A DNA stretch of 64,000 nt from an uncultured delta proteobacterium (GCA_963743305.1 CAVUPH010000010.1:64001-128000); one strand, 5' to 3'. Shown: positions 1-10,414, numbered from the stretch's first letter. The notes: generated by a model not told the origin, from the letters alone. Made by a program: numbers and translations.

Positions 1-2
1 CT

Positions 3-1427
3 TATCATTCGACGGTCAACCCCTTCTTTTTTCTGCGCGACCTCTCCGGTTTGCTGGTCCTGGCCGGAATGGGCCTGGCGGTCTGGCGGCGCTTTATCCG
101 AAAAGTCCCCCGTCTGAAAACCCATGGTATGGACTATTATGCCCTGGCCATCCTGCTTCTGATCCTGGGCTCGGGGATCCTCTTGGAAGGGGTCAAGATC
201 ACCTCTTATTCCGAATTTCTACAGATGGCGGAGGACTACGGAGCCATCGATTCCCGTTGGGAAGGGAACCAGGAATTGCAGGCCCTGGAAACCTTGTGGG
301 TGCGGCAATACGGGCTGGTTTCCCCTAACGTCAAGGGTCCTGGAGATTCCCGGGTGCTGGCCAAGGGAAAGGAAATCCATGAAATGAGTTGCCTGGAATG
401 TCATTCCGCCACCTCCTGGGCCCTTTTAGGTTATCCCACGGCCAAACTGCTGAGCCCACTGGCCCTCTTCCTGGATCGGAGGGGACTGCCCGCTATTCTT
501 TGGGTGGTGCACGTGCTGAGCTGCCTTATCGGCCTGGCCTACCTGCCCTTCAGCAAGATGGGTCATATCCTTTATACCCCCCTATCCCTGTTGATGAATG
601 CGGTCATGGACCGGGAGCGGTCCCACCCGGCCAACATCGCCACCCGGCAGATGATCGAATTGGACGCCTGCACCCATTGCGGGACCTGCAGTATCCGCTG
701 CTCGGTGGGGGCGGTCTACGAATCCTGGGGCAATGAAAATATATTGCCTTCGGAGAAGCTGCACGCTCTCAAGGCCCTGGTCCGCGGAAAGAACGTGGAA
801 CCCCGGCAGCTCAGGTCCCTCTTGGAAGGGGTCTATTGTTGTACCAGTTGTGACCGGTGTACAGTAGTCTGCCCCTCGGGAATCAACCTGAAAGAACTCT
901 GGGTCGATCTGAAAGAAGACCTGGTGCAAAGGGGTATCCCGGAACGACTGATCCTTTCTCCCTATTCATTCGCTCGCGGACTGAACCAGGCCATCCACCC
1001 CCGGAAAGAATATGAGGCACCCGTCCAACTGGCCAGGCAAGCCGTGGCCTTACCTTTTGAGGAGGGGAAAACGGCGGAGCATCCCTTGGCCCTGAGCCCT
1101 CAGGTCCCGGTCCTTCCGGTGTTTCTGCCGGACGCCCGCAATTTCGCCAACTGTTTTGTCTGTCAAAACTGTACCAATATCTGTCCGGTGGTTGCCGCCT
1201 TTGAGAATCCGGAGGAGGTCCTGGGGCTCCTCCCCCACCAGATTATGACCAGCCTGGGTCTGGGGTTGATCGATCCGGCGCGAGGCAACCGGATGATCTG
1301 GGACTGCCTAACCTGTTATCAATGCCAGGAGCACTGCCCTCAGGGGGTTATGGTGACCGATCTCCTCTATGAGTTGAAGAACCTGGCGGCCGGGAATCAG
1401 AGAGGATCGGCCGGTCTATCCGGGTAA
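3..1427 (+). CDS. 5'-truncated membrane protein: NarI/HdrE-like TM domain with a monoheme cytochrome c insert, fused to two HdrC-type 2x[4Fe-4S] domains
   Basis: Frame open from nt 3. Several TM helices with HVLSC..YLPFSKMGH (NarI/DsrM-like heme b His pattern); GKEIHEMSCLECH (CxxCH); four CxxCxxCxxxCP-type motifs (CTHCGTCSIRC, CTSCDRCTVVCP, CFVCQNCTNICP, IWDCLTCYQCQEHCP); lies directly upstream of hdrB. Confidence 0.8.
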   Translation, partial: YHSTVNPFFFLRDLSGLLVLAGMGLAVWRRFIRKVPRLKTHGMDYYALAILLLILGSGILLEGVKITSYSEFLQMAEDYGAIDSRWEGNQELQALETLWVRQYGLVSPNVKGPGDSRVLAKGKEIHEMSCLECHSATSWALLGYPTAKLLSPLALFLDRRGLPAILWVVHVLSCLIGLAYLPFSKMGHILYTPLSLLMNAVMDRERSHPANIATRQMIELDACTHCGTCSIRCSVGAVYESWGNENILPSEKLHALKALVRGKNVEPRQLRSLLEGVYCCTSCDRCTVVCPSGINLKELWVDLKEDLVQRGIPERLILSPYSFARGLNQAIHPRKEYEAPVQLARQAVALPFEEGKTAEHPLALSPQVPVLPVFLPDARNFANCFVCQNCTNICPVVAAFENPEEVLGLLPHQIMTSLGLGLIDPARGNRMIWDCLTCYQCQEHCPQGVMVTDLLYELKNLAAGNQRGSAGLSG

Positions 1428-1441
1428 GGTGGATTAGAACC

Positions 1442-2329
1442 ATGAAATTTGCGCTCTTTATCGGCTGTAACATCCCGGCCCGGGTCGTCCAGTACCTGAC
1501 TTCGGCCCGGGCGGTCCTGGACCGTCTGGGGGTCACCCTGGTGGATTTCCGAGGTTTCGGGTGCTGCGGATACCCTCTGCGGGCATTAGACCAGAATGGC
1601 TATCTCTTGTCCGCGGCCAGGAACCTGGCCATCGCCGAAAAGGCCGGGTTGGATATTCTGGCCCTCTGCAAGTGTTGTTTTGGAAGCCTGAAAAGGGCCG
1701 CCCAGGTCCTGGAGGAAAACCCCTTGCTGGCGGAAGAGGTGAACCGGTTTCTGGGCCGGGAAGGGTTGAAGTACCGAGGCGGCGGTCAGGTGAAACATCT
1801 TCTTTCGGTCCTCTACCAGGATGTGGGTCTGGAGGCCCTTCAGGGAAAAATCATCCAGCCCTATAAGGGACTGAAGATCGCCCCCCAGGTCGGGTGCCAT
1901 GCCCTCCGGCCGAGCCGGATAACCCAATTTGATGATCCCCTCCATCCGGTTATCTTCGACGCCCTGGTCCGGGCGACCGGCGCCGAGAGCCTGGATTGGG
2001 ACAGCCGGCTGGATTGCTGCGGGGCCCCCCTGCTGGGAGTCAACGACGAGGTTTCTCTGAAGCGGACGAGAGACAAGATAAAAAAAAGCCGGGAGGCCGG
2101 GGCCGATTACCTTTGTACGGCCTGTCCCTTCTGTCAGTTGCAGTTTGAGACGGTCCAAAAGAGGTCGCTCTCCTTCGAGGGAGCTGAAGAACCGCCAGCT
2201 CCCATTTTGTATACGCAACTGCTGGGAATCGCGCTGGGCCTCGACCGGAAGTACCTCTGGCCCCAGGGGGATTCCCCGGAGTTTAGCGGGCTTATTCGTT
2301 TTTCAAGTGAGGAATCAAACCATGCCTAA
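1442..2329 (+). CDS. hdrB: Heterodisulfide reductase subunit B (two CCG domains)
   Basis: FIGC, GCCG, CKCC, VGCH, DCCG and ACPFCQLQF motifs. Confidence 0.9.
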   Translation: MKFALFIGCNIPARVVQYLTSARAVLDRLGVTLVDFRGFGCCGYPLRALDQNGYLLSAARNLAIAEKAGLDILALCKCCFGSLKRAAQVLEENPLLAEEVNRFLGREGLKYRGGGQVKHLLSVLYQDVGLEALQGKIIQPYKGLKIAPQVGCHALRPSRITQFDDPLHPVIFDALVRATGAESLDWDSRLDCCGAPLLGVNDEVSLKRTRDKIKKSREAGADYLCTACPFCQLQFETVQKRSLSFEGAEEPPAPILYTQLLGIALGLDRKYLWPQGDSPEFSGLIRFSSEESNHA

Positions 2330-5300
2330 GGAGACCATCGGGGCGGTCCTGGTGATCGGGGGCGGTATTACCGGGATGCAGGCCGCGCTGGATCTGGCCA
2401 ATTCCGGCTATTACGTCTATCTGCTGGAAAGGTCCCCCTCCATCGGCGGGATGATGAGCCGCTTGGACAAGACCTTCCCGACCAACGATTGTGCCCTTTG
2501 AATTATCTCCCCGAAGCTGGTCGAGGTCGGCCGGCATATCAACATCGAGTTGCTTACCCTGTCCGAGGTGAACCGGATTTCCGGTGAGGCCGGGAACTTT
2601 GAAGTCCGGGTAACCCGGCATCCCCGGTATGTCGATCTGGAAAAATGCATCGCCTGCGGCCTTTGCGCTGAAAAATGTCCCCGTAAGGTAGCCAATGAAC
2701 AGGACAGTGGTTTGGGACAGCGCAAGGCGATCTATGTTCAGTATGCCCAGGCGGTCCCGCTGAAATACGTCATCGATCCCCGGGAATGTATCTATCTGAC
2801 CAAGGGGAAATGCCGGGCCTGTGAAAAGTTTTGCCCCACCGGCGCCATCCGCTTCGACGATCGGGAAAGCGAACGGACCCTGAAGGTAGGCGCCGTCGTC
2901 CTGGCCCAGGGAAGCCGGACCTTTGATCCGGCCGTTTACGATACCTTCGGTTATCAGAGCTCTCCCAACATCGTCACCACCCTGGAGTTCGAGCGCATCC
3001 TCTCCTCCTCCGGTCCCTATGGCGGCCATCTGGTCCGCCCGTCAGACGGCCGGGAGCCGCGCAAAATCGCCTGGTTCCAGTGCATCGGTTCCCGGGACGA
3101 GCATCCCGGCGCCCGAAGCTATTGTTCCGCTGTCTGCTGCACTTTTGCCATCAAAGAAGCGATGCTGGCTAAGGAACACGTCCAGGGCGACCTGGACACG
3201 GCCATCTTTTATATTGATTTGAGGACCTATGGCAAGGACTATGAACGCTACTATAATCGCGCTCGAGAGGAGCTGGGCGTCCGGTTCATCAAATCCCGGG
3301 TCAGCCACCTGGAGCCGGTCGGCGATACCGGCCGACTCCTCGTCCGCTACGTCGACGAAAGCGGCCGGCGGAGGGAGGAAGAATTCGATCTGGTCGTGCT
3401 CTCCGTCGGTCTGGGTCAGACCCCGTCCGGGGTGGAACTGGCCGGGAAGCTGGGGGTGGAACTCAACCGCCATCAGTATGCCCAGGTAAGCAGCTTCCAT
3501 CCGGTGGAGAGCGGAAGGCCCGGCATTTTTGTCTGCGGCGCCTGCCAGGCTCCCAAGGATATTCCCTCCTGCGTCGTGGACTCCAGCGCCGCCGCCGCGG
3601 GTGTCGGCGGGCTGCTCTCGGAGGCCCGCGGGTCACAAACGCGGACCCGGGAAATCCCCTCGGAAATCGACGTCCGCGGAGAAGCTCCCCGGGTGGGTGT
3701 ATTTGTCTGTTGCTGCGGTACCAACATCGCCGGCGTGGTCGATGTCCCGGCGGTGGTTGAGTTCGCCAAGACGCTGCCCGGCGTAGTCTATGCCGAGCAG
3801 AACCTTTTCAGTTGCGCTCAGGACAGCCAGGAAAAGCTGGCCCAGATCATCCGGGATCAGCACCTGAACAAGGTGGTGGTGGCGGCCTGCACCCCCCGGA
3901 CCCACGAACCGCTATTCCAGGAAACCTTAACCAATGCCGGACTCAATAAATACCTCTTTGAGATGGCCAATATCCGCAACCAGTGCTCCTGGGTGCACCA
4001 ACACCAGCCGGAACAGGCCACGGAGAAGGCCAAAGATCTGGTCCGGATGGCCGCCGCCAAAGCGGTCCTATTGCAGCCCCTGCCGGAGCCGACGCTCGAT
4101 ATCAATCAGAAGGCGCTGGTGATCGGCGGCGGTCTGGCCGGCCTGTCCGCCGCCAGGACCCTGGCCGATCAGGGGTTCAAGACCTACCTGCTGGAAAAAA
4201 GCGCGGTCCTCGGAGGTCAGGCCCGGCGGGTTTTTCAGACCTGGAAGGGCGAGGAGGTGCAGCCTTCTCTGGACGGGTTGATCGGGTCCATCACCCGGGA
4301 TGAACGGATCAAGGTGTTCCTGAATTCGCAGATAACGGGGGTGGACGGGTTTGTGGGGAATTTCAAGACCACCATCGAGTCGGAACGGGAGACCCGAGTC
4401 TTGTCCCACGGCGTGACCATCATCGCTACCGGCGCCTCCGAACTGAAACCCGATCAATATTTTTACGGTCAGGATGCCCGGGTATTAACGGGGCTGGAAT
4501 TACAACGACGGTTTATTGACGGCGATCCGGCCCTGAAACAGATCAAGACGGCGGTTTTTATTCAGTGTGTCGGCTCAAGGATCCCCGAGCGGCCCTACTG
4601 CTCCCGGGTCTGCTGCACCCGCAGCGTGAAGGGCGCCCTGACTTTGAAGGAGATCAACCCCGAAGCGCGAATATTCATCATCTATCGGGATATGCGGACC
4701 TACGGGCTGCGAGAGGACCTTTACCGGGAAGCCCGTCAGAAAGGGATTTCCTTTATACGGTATAATTTTGATCAGGGCTTGACGGCCGCCCGGGATAACG
4801 GCGCTTTGACCCTGTCTTTTACGGACACGGCGCTCAAACGGGTTATGGAGGTCCGCCCCGATCTCCTGGTGCTGGCCTCGGCCATCGTTCCCGAAAAGGA
4901 GAATCCCCTGGCCCAGTTTTATAAGGTACCGCAAAACGCCGATGGGTTTTTCGTCGAGGCCCATGTAAAACTGAGGCCGGTGGACTTTGCCACCGACGGG
5001 GTTTTTCTCTGCGGGCTGGCCCAGGCCCCCAAATCAATTGACGAATCCATCACCGAGGCCCAGGGTGCCGCGGCCCGGGCAATAGCCCTGCTCTCGGCCG
5101 GGACGATTAGCGTGACGGGCACGGTGGCCTCGGTCATCCCGGCGGCCTGCAGCTCTTGCGGAGTCTGTGTTTCCATCTGTCCCTATTCCGCCCCGTCGTT
5201 CAATGAAAAAACCGGAAAAGCCCAAATTCAAGCCACCCTCTGCAAGGGCTGCGGACTTTGTACCGCATCCTGCCGATCGGGGGCTATTACCCTTAAAGGG

Positions 5301-5345
5301 TTTGAGACCGACCAGGTCATGGCCATGATCGAATCGGCCCTCTGA
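2322..5345 (+). CDS. hdrA: Double-length heterodisulfide reductase subunit A-like flavoprotein, selenocysteine-containing (UGA at 2499-2501), ~1007 aa
   Basis: ATG 2322 ([18 protein letters not shown]) is in frame with ORF 2550-5345 across one TGA in [15 protein letters not shown], the conserved Cys position. Two GGGxxG FAD motifs, two CxGSR..YCSxVCC motifs, ferredoxin motifs. Confidence 0.88.
2516..2535 (+). promoter_or_regulatory. Putative bacterial SECIS hairpin
   Basis: GCTGGTCG-AGGT-CGGCCGGC: 8-bp stem (two G-U pairs) with an AGGU loop, starting 14 nt after the UGA. Confidence 0.75.
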
Positions 5346-5427
5346 GACCGGGGGGGCGGCGCATAAGCACTAAGTGATTATTGCGCCGGATGAACTGTTC
5401 AAGAGTTCCTAAAAAAAGAGGTTGGTT

Positions 5428-5731
5428 GCCCTTTTGGGTGGGTGGCCACAATATATAGTAGATTAATCCGAGATCGGGCCTCCGTGGCCGTGGGGTCTTG
5501 GCGAAAGGGTTTTCCATATTGCTTTTTAGGTTCTAACCCGGCCCCCAGACACTCAAAGTTTCCAGGAGACAGGGCCAGACAAGAAGACATCAAAATACTC
5601 TGAGTATGGGCCTGCTTTAAATAAAATTAGCAATTTAGGCCCGGATTCGAAGTCCGGAGTACCTTTGGAAAACCCTTTCGCCAAGACCCCACGGCCATAT
5701 CAGATCTGGGGGGGGACCCACCCAAAAGGGC
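5428..5731. repeat. Nested inverted-repeat intergenic element
   Basis: Perfect 32-bp IR at 5485-5516/5666-5697 and perfect 16-bp IR at 5428-5443/5716-5731. Confidence 0.9.
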
Positions 5732-5788
5732 GAAGCGTCAAAAAATAGAACCTAGTTACCCTTTAATTCCAGTGAGGAGGAGGGCACC

Positions 5789-6244
5789 ATGATTGACCTA
5801 ACTAATTTAAGAGCGATTATTATGCTGAGCTATCTGACGGACCCGATGCTGAAGAAGCTGGAAGAAGTCACCCTGATAAAAAAGTACGGGGAAAAGGAGT
5901 ATATCTTCCAGGAAGGGGAATACGCCGAGCATCTGTTTGCCGTTATCGAAGGTCGGGTCGGCATGGAGCTGGCCAAGAATCCTTCCCGGCACATAACCAT
6001 CCTGGAAGTGACCAAGGGGATGGCCTTTGGGATGGCTTCCCTGGTAGATACGGAAAACAGGAAGTATATCGGCTATGCCAAGGCTCTGGTTCCCACCCGG
6101 GTTTTCGCCTGGAAAGGAGCCGACCTGGACAAGCTTTTTATTCAGGATTATGAAATGGGCTTTTTGATTATGAAGCGGGCGGCCAATATCCTGAACCGGA
6201 GAATGGATATTGCTTTTGCCCAGTTTGTAGATATATGCCTTTGA
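5789..6244 (+). CDS. Stand-alone cyclic-nucleotide-binding (Crp/Fnr N-terminal) domain protein with no HTH
   Basis: IFQEGEYAEHLFAVIEGRV...GMAFG..SL; strong RBS GAGGAGG; 151 aa. Confidence 0.8.
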   Translation: MIDLTNLRAIIMLSYLTDPMLKKLEEVTLIKKYGEKEYIFQEGEYAEHLFAVIEGRVGMELAKNPSRHITILEVTKGMAFGMASLVDTENRKYIGYAKALVPTRVFAWKGADLDKLFIQDYEMGFLIMKRAANILNRRMDIAFAQFVDICL

Positions 6245-6329
6245 GGAGGGAGTTTGGCTCCTGACCGGATAGAGGTCCCCTCAAGGGATAGTCTAACGAG
6301 TCAAACACCGACCGCATTAACCCCTGAAC

Positions 6330-6873
6330 CTATTTCCAGGTCAACCGAGGCGAATTTCGAACCGGGATGCGCTGGTACTTAAACTGAGGATAGCCGATCA
6401 TCAAGGCTCCAAAGGCGAGATGATCCCTGGGCAGGCCCAGGGCCTCGAAGAGGGGGGGTAGGCGTTCACCGTTTTATACAAGTAGCCCGCCCCCAGTAGA
6501 CCCCTAAACCGACGCTGGTTGCATACAGGTCGAGCAGGCCCAAGGCCAGGGCAGTATCCTCGGGGCCGAAACGCCAGTTTCGGTCGGCATGAACGATGAT
6601 GAGATGGGGCGCCTTCCGACAAACGCGATCCAATCCCGCGTCCCAGGCGGCGATCACCCGGTGATAGCCCAGGGTTTTCCCTGCTTCCGGGTTTGATTCC
6701 AGGACCGCCCGCATGGCCTCCACGACCAGGCCGGCCAGCCGTTGAACTTCTTGGGGACGCGGGACCACGATCCAGTGCCACGGTTGCTGATTTCTCGCCG
6801 ACGGTGCGGAGCAGGCCACCTCCACTAGTTTTTCCAGGGTCTCCTTTTTTTGAAACGGGAGCGCGCCGATCAT
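6330..6873 (-). pseudogene. Nitroreductase family gene, truncated and frameshifted
   Basis: APSARNQQPWHW, then AGYLY and GALMIGYPQFKYQRIPVRN in three different frames; N-terminus missing. Confidence 0.75.
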
Positions 6874-7109
6874 GCTCCCAGCAACCCTTTATGGTCTTAA
6901 AGTCCTTTCCAGGTCAAAGATATTATCCGCTACCCGGCGGCTACTCGGATTGGCCGGCCGTCTCCGGTATCAGGATAATAAATTGTGAGTTGAAGTTTCC
7001 CTCTTTTCTAATTATTATTCATTCCCATGGATTCGAAAGCAAACGAAAAATCCTTCCCCCCGGATAAAAGCACCCCAAGAGATAATTTAATGAATCAAGC
7101 TTTTGGTCC

Positions 7110-7227
7110 GGCGGCACCGGTTTGGGGCTGGCCATCTGTAAGGAAATCGTCCGGGCCCATGGGGGGATCCATCTGGGTGGAATCCGCCCCCGGCCAGGGG
7201 AGCACCTATTCTTTTACCCTGCCGGCG
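7110..7227 (+). pseudogene. Histidine kinase HATPase C-terminal remnant
   Basis: GGTGLGLAICKEIVRAHGG / IWVESAPGQGSTYSFTLP with a frameshift and no upstream body. Confidence 0.75.
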
Positions 7228-7229
7228 GC

Positions 7230-7507
7230 CACAATCGAACGAATCCGCCACTATACCCGTGAGGGGGATTTTGAAACCGCCGGTGAAATCGCCCGGCGGG
7301 CCGTCGCTGCCGACCCGACCCGAGGCCTATAACCTGCTCGGGGCGCTATTAGAGATCCGGCATGACCGATTGGAGGCGCAGCGGTTTTACCGGGCGGCCC
7401 TGGAGATCGATCCCACCTACCGGCCGGCCGGGGGCGATTTGGAAAGGATCATCGCCCGCCGCCAGATGGGCCCGATCGACTTGGGGGAAGGCGGAGGAAA
7501 GCCGTAA
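7230..7507 (+). pseudogene. TPR-domain remnant (probably the C-terminus of a TPR response regulator)
   Basis: RRAVAADPT / PEAYNLLGALLE...FYRAALEIDPTYRPA; frameshifted and abutting the kinase remnant. Confidence 0.6.
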
Positions 7508-7586
7508 CTCGTTCGAGCCCTGAAACCCTGAACTTGAAACAATACCCGGGTAAAGTAATCCTTATGGTATCCGAAGGAATTTCGTT

Positions 7587-9491
7587 TTGAAGACTCTTTT
7601 TCTCGCTTTTTTGAATATCGGCCTGCTGCTCATTTTTATCAAACTGTTTCGGCAGCGGAACCTCCTTTCCTTCAACCAAGGGGGCCGGGTCTGGCTGACC
7701 TTTCTGGCGGTCGGGGTCATCACCCTGATGGACGAACTCACCTCGGTTTTTTATGCTCCTGCCGAGGCCTATCGTTTTATCGGTTTGAACGCCATTTTCT
7801 TCATTGCCGTCACCTCCCTGTTGATCCGGTTTCTATCCACCCGTCTGGTCGAAATCGCTGAAATCCTCGAGCATCACGGCCTGATCGGCGGCGGCGTTTA
7901 TTCCTTTTCGTATCTGGTGCTGGGCCCTTCGATTTCCTTCGTGGCCGTGGCCTCCATCATGGTCGATTATATCTTGACCGCCTGCATCTCTTCGGTCAGC
8001 GCGGTATTGAACAGTGTTTCCTTTTTTCCGGTCCTGTCTCAGTCTGCGCCCCTGCGGATCATCCTGGTCCTGGCCATCCTTTGGGCCATGGCCGGCTTGA
8101 ATATCCTGGGAATCAAGGAGAATGCCCGTTTTACCTTCATGATTTTCGTGCTGGCCGCCTTTGTCTTCCTGAATTTAATAACCTCCGGGGTCCTGTCACT
8201 GGATCCCCCCTCCTTAAATCGGCTGGAAACTTCGTTGGGCGAAGGGTTTTCTACCTTGTATCGAGGGTCGATCGTTAACAGCTATGACCATTTCATCTCC
8301 AGCGTGGCTTTCTGTATCCTGGCCTATTCCGGGGTGGAATCCGTTCTGCAAACCGCCGGGCTAGTCAAGAATTGGCGGGAAATACGCCGTTCCTATATCT
8401 TTCTAGCCCTGACCGTGGGTATCGTCACCCCCCTGGTAGCGGCCCTGGCCCTATCGGCCCCTATCGATTTTAAGGCCCACGAGGGGGATTTGATTACCCA
8501 TTACGCCACTTTGATCAACGGGGTGCCCTTTGGGGTTGCCGTGGCCTCTCTGGCTAGCTTCACCCTGATCATGGCCGTCAACACCGCCTTTGTGGCCTCG
8601 AGCGAACTCATCGAGCGGATCGCCCACCGGTACGGCTTTCTCTGGCTGATTAAGACCAACCGTCGCAATTCCCTGTATCGGATCCACTTGATCAACGCCT
8701 CCCTGTTTTCCACGATCATCTTCATTACTTCCGGCAGCCAGATGATCTTGGCCGACATGTACGCCATCGGCCTGGTGGCCAGTTTCTGCATCAACATGGG
8801 GGCCTTGATCATTTATCGGTACCTCAAGGGGACCAAAGAGGTTATCTCATATAATACCAGCCGCCTGGGGACCCTGATCATCTGGGTGATCATGGTCAGT
8901 TGCTTCATTTTTCTGGCCATCGACAAACCTCATGGTACTACCCTCTGGGCATCGGTGACCGGAGGGGTGCTCCTGACCGGGTTCCTGGTGGCTCGGCGCC
9001 GGGCACCGGAGCTGAAGGAAATTGCCAAGGCCGACAATGAAATGGCCATGGTCCTTTTCTTATCGCAAGAGGAAGACCCTGAAATCCATTTATTTTTCCG
9101 CCGTTCGGAAAAAGAAGGGGGACCGGTCCAAAAAAACGCGGCCTACCTGACCTTCTATTCCCCCCGGGCGGGGGCCCCATTCAAAGAGGCGGAAAATCAT
9201 TTTTTGTTCCCGCTAACCCGGATCAGTCTGTATCACCGCATGGTGAGCATTCTGAAAGTGGTGGAATACGAGTTTCCCCATCGACGGGTGTTCGTCCATT
9301 TCGGCTGGCCGCTCTCCTCCTGGGTGGATCGTCTGTCGATCGGGGTAATGGTCTTCAATCTAATGCGGCTGCCGCGGCTCTTTCCCCAATTTGCGTTTGA
9401 TATCACCTATAGCCAGAAATCCGTTGCGGCCCGTCAGGAACCCGAGGCCGTAGAGCACAGAGGAAATTCCGTAAAGAGGGGTCCAATATGA
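7587..9491 (+). CDS. APC-superfamily permease, KimA/KUP-like K+ transporter
   Basis: About 12 TM helices; MDELTSVFY, GGGVY, VDYILT and SGVES resemble KimA motifs; cytoplasmic C-terminal domain; next to kdp. Confidence 0.7.
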   Translation: MKTLFLAFLNIGLLLIFIKLFRQRNLLSFNQGGRVWLTFLAVGVITLMDELTSVFYAPAEAYRFIGLNAIFFIAVTSLLIRFLSTRLVEIAEILEHHGLIGGGVYSFSYLVLGPSISFVAVASIMVDYILTACISSVSAVLNSVSFFPVLSQSAPLRIILVLAILWAMAGLNILGIKENARFTFMIFVLAAFVFLNLITSGVLSLDPPSLNRLETSLGEGFSTLYRGSIVNSYDHFISSVAFCILAYSGVESVLQTAGLVKNWREIRRSYIFLALTVGIVTPLVAALALSAPIDFKAHEGDLITHYATLINGVPFGVAVASLASFTLIMAVNTAFVASSELIERIAHRYGFLWLIKTNRRNSLYRIHLINASLFSTIIFITSGSQMILADMYAIGLVASFCINMGALIIYRYLKGTKEVISYNTSRLGTLIIWVIMVSCFIFLAIDKPHGTTLWASVTGGVLLTGFLVARRRAPELKEIAKADNEMAMVLFLSQEEDPEIHLFFRRSEKEGGPVQKNAAYLTFYSPRAGAPFKEAENHFLFPLTRISLYHRMVSILKVVEYEFPHRRVFVHFGWPLSSWVDRLSIGVMVFNLMRLPRLFPQFAFDITYSQKSVAARQEPEAVEHRGNSVKRGPI

Positions 9492-10414
9492 GAATTAAAT
9501 CTTTTTTATTGTCCAGTCGTTTTAAAAGATTTAGATTTTATCGGTTGATCCTTTTAATGCCGGTCTTGCCGCTGATTTTGACCTGTCAGGGATCTGATCT
9601 GGATTTGAAAGACGTGGTCGGCATCCTGTCCAAAAAACTGGACATCTTGTCTCGGATGCAGATCAACCTCCTCCGGTCCGTTGAGGCCGAAAAGAACGCC
9701 GTAATGGCGGAGACCGACGAAGAATCCAAAACCTTCGCCGACCAATCCCTGAAGGCCGCGGATTTGGTGGAACGGGACCGTCGAGCAATCGGCCTGCTGA
9801 TGGACAAGGACCATTCCGATCAGGAATTGAAGCGGCTGCAGGAGTTCGACGGCTGCTGGGCGGAATTTCGAAAAACGGATCGGGAGCTCCTTGATTTTGC
9901 TGTTAAAAACACCAATCTCAAGGCCACCCGTCTTTCCTTTGGACCGGCCGAGGAGGCGGTGAGCCGTTTTGAAAAAGCGCTGAACATCCTGGTCTCCAAT
10001 AATCCGATCAGCCAGACGGACGGCCGTATCGCTAAGCTGGCCTGCCAAGCCCTGAGCGCCGGGTTAAAAATTCATTATCTCCAGGCCCCGCATATCGCCG
10101 CAGCCGATGATCAGCGGATGGATAAAATCGAAGCGTCCATCAAACAGCACGAGCAGGCGATTAATGAGTCTCTGAAAACCTTGAAGGGCCTGGTTGGTCC
10201 GGGGAAGCAGGAGGCCTACCAGGAAGCCAAGACCGCCTTCAAGGCGCTGGAGAAAATAACCACCCAAGTGATCGATCTATCCCGCCAGAATACCAATATC
10301 AAATCCTTCGAACTATCCCTCGGAAGGAAAAGGAAAATTAGCGCCCAATGCGGTGAGATCTTGGTCAGCCTGGAGGAAGCCGTAAAGGCCCGGGAATTCA
10401 AAGCCACCCGGTAA
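9488..10414 (+). CDS. Exported tandem four-helix-bundle (MCP ligand-binding-like) protein
   Basis: Basic N-terminus, hydrophobic stretch ending LILTC, then a helical body (EAEKNAVMAE); no signalling domain; overlaps the permease stop codon. Confidence 0.6.
   Translation: MRIKSFLLSSRFKRFRFYRLILLMPVLPLILTCQGSDLDLKDVVGILSKKLDILSRMQINLLRSVEAEKNAVMAETDEESKTFADQSLKAADLVERDRRAIGLLMDKDHSDQELKRLQEFDGCWAEFRKTDRELLDFAVKNTNLKATRLSFGPAEEAVSRFEKALNILVSNNPISQTDGRIAKLACQALSAGLKIHYLQAPHIAAADDQRMDKIEASIKQHEQAINESLKTLKGLVGPGKQEAYQEAKTAFKALEKITTQVIDLSRQNTNIKSFELSLGRKRKISAQCGEILVSLEEAVKAREFKATR
10337..10414 (+). repeat. Direct repeat copy 1 (3' end of the four-helix-bundle gene)
   Basis: 75/78 identical to 22863-22940. 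Confidence 0.95.

Noticed and set aside
5666-5740. c-di-GMP-I, c-di-AMP (ydaO) or ZTP riboswitch in the IR element (GGAAAACC, GGGGGACCCA, TGGCGAAA words)
   Set aside because: Only isolated words match; the required stems and remaining consensus blocks are absent on both strands
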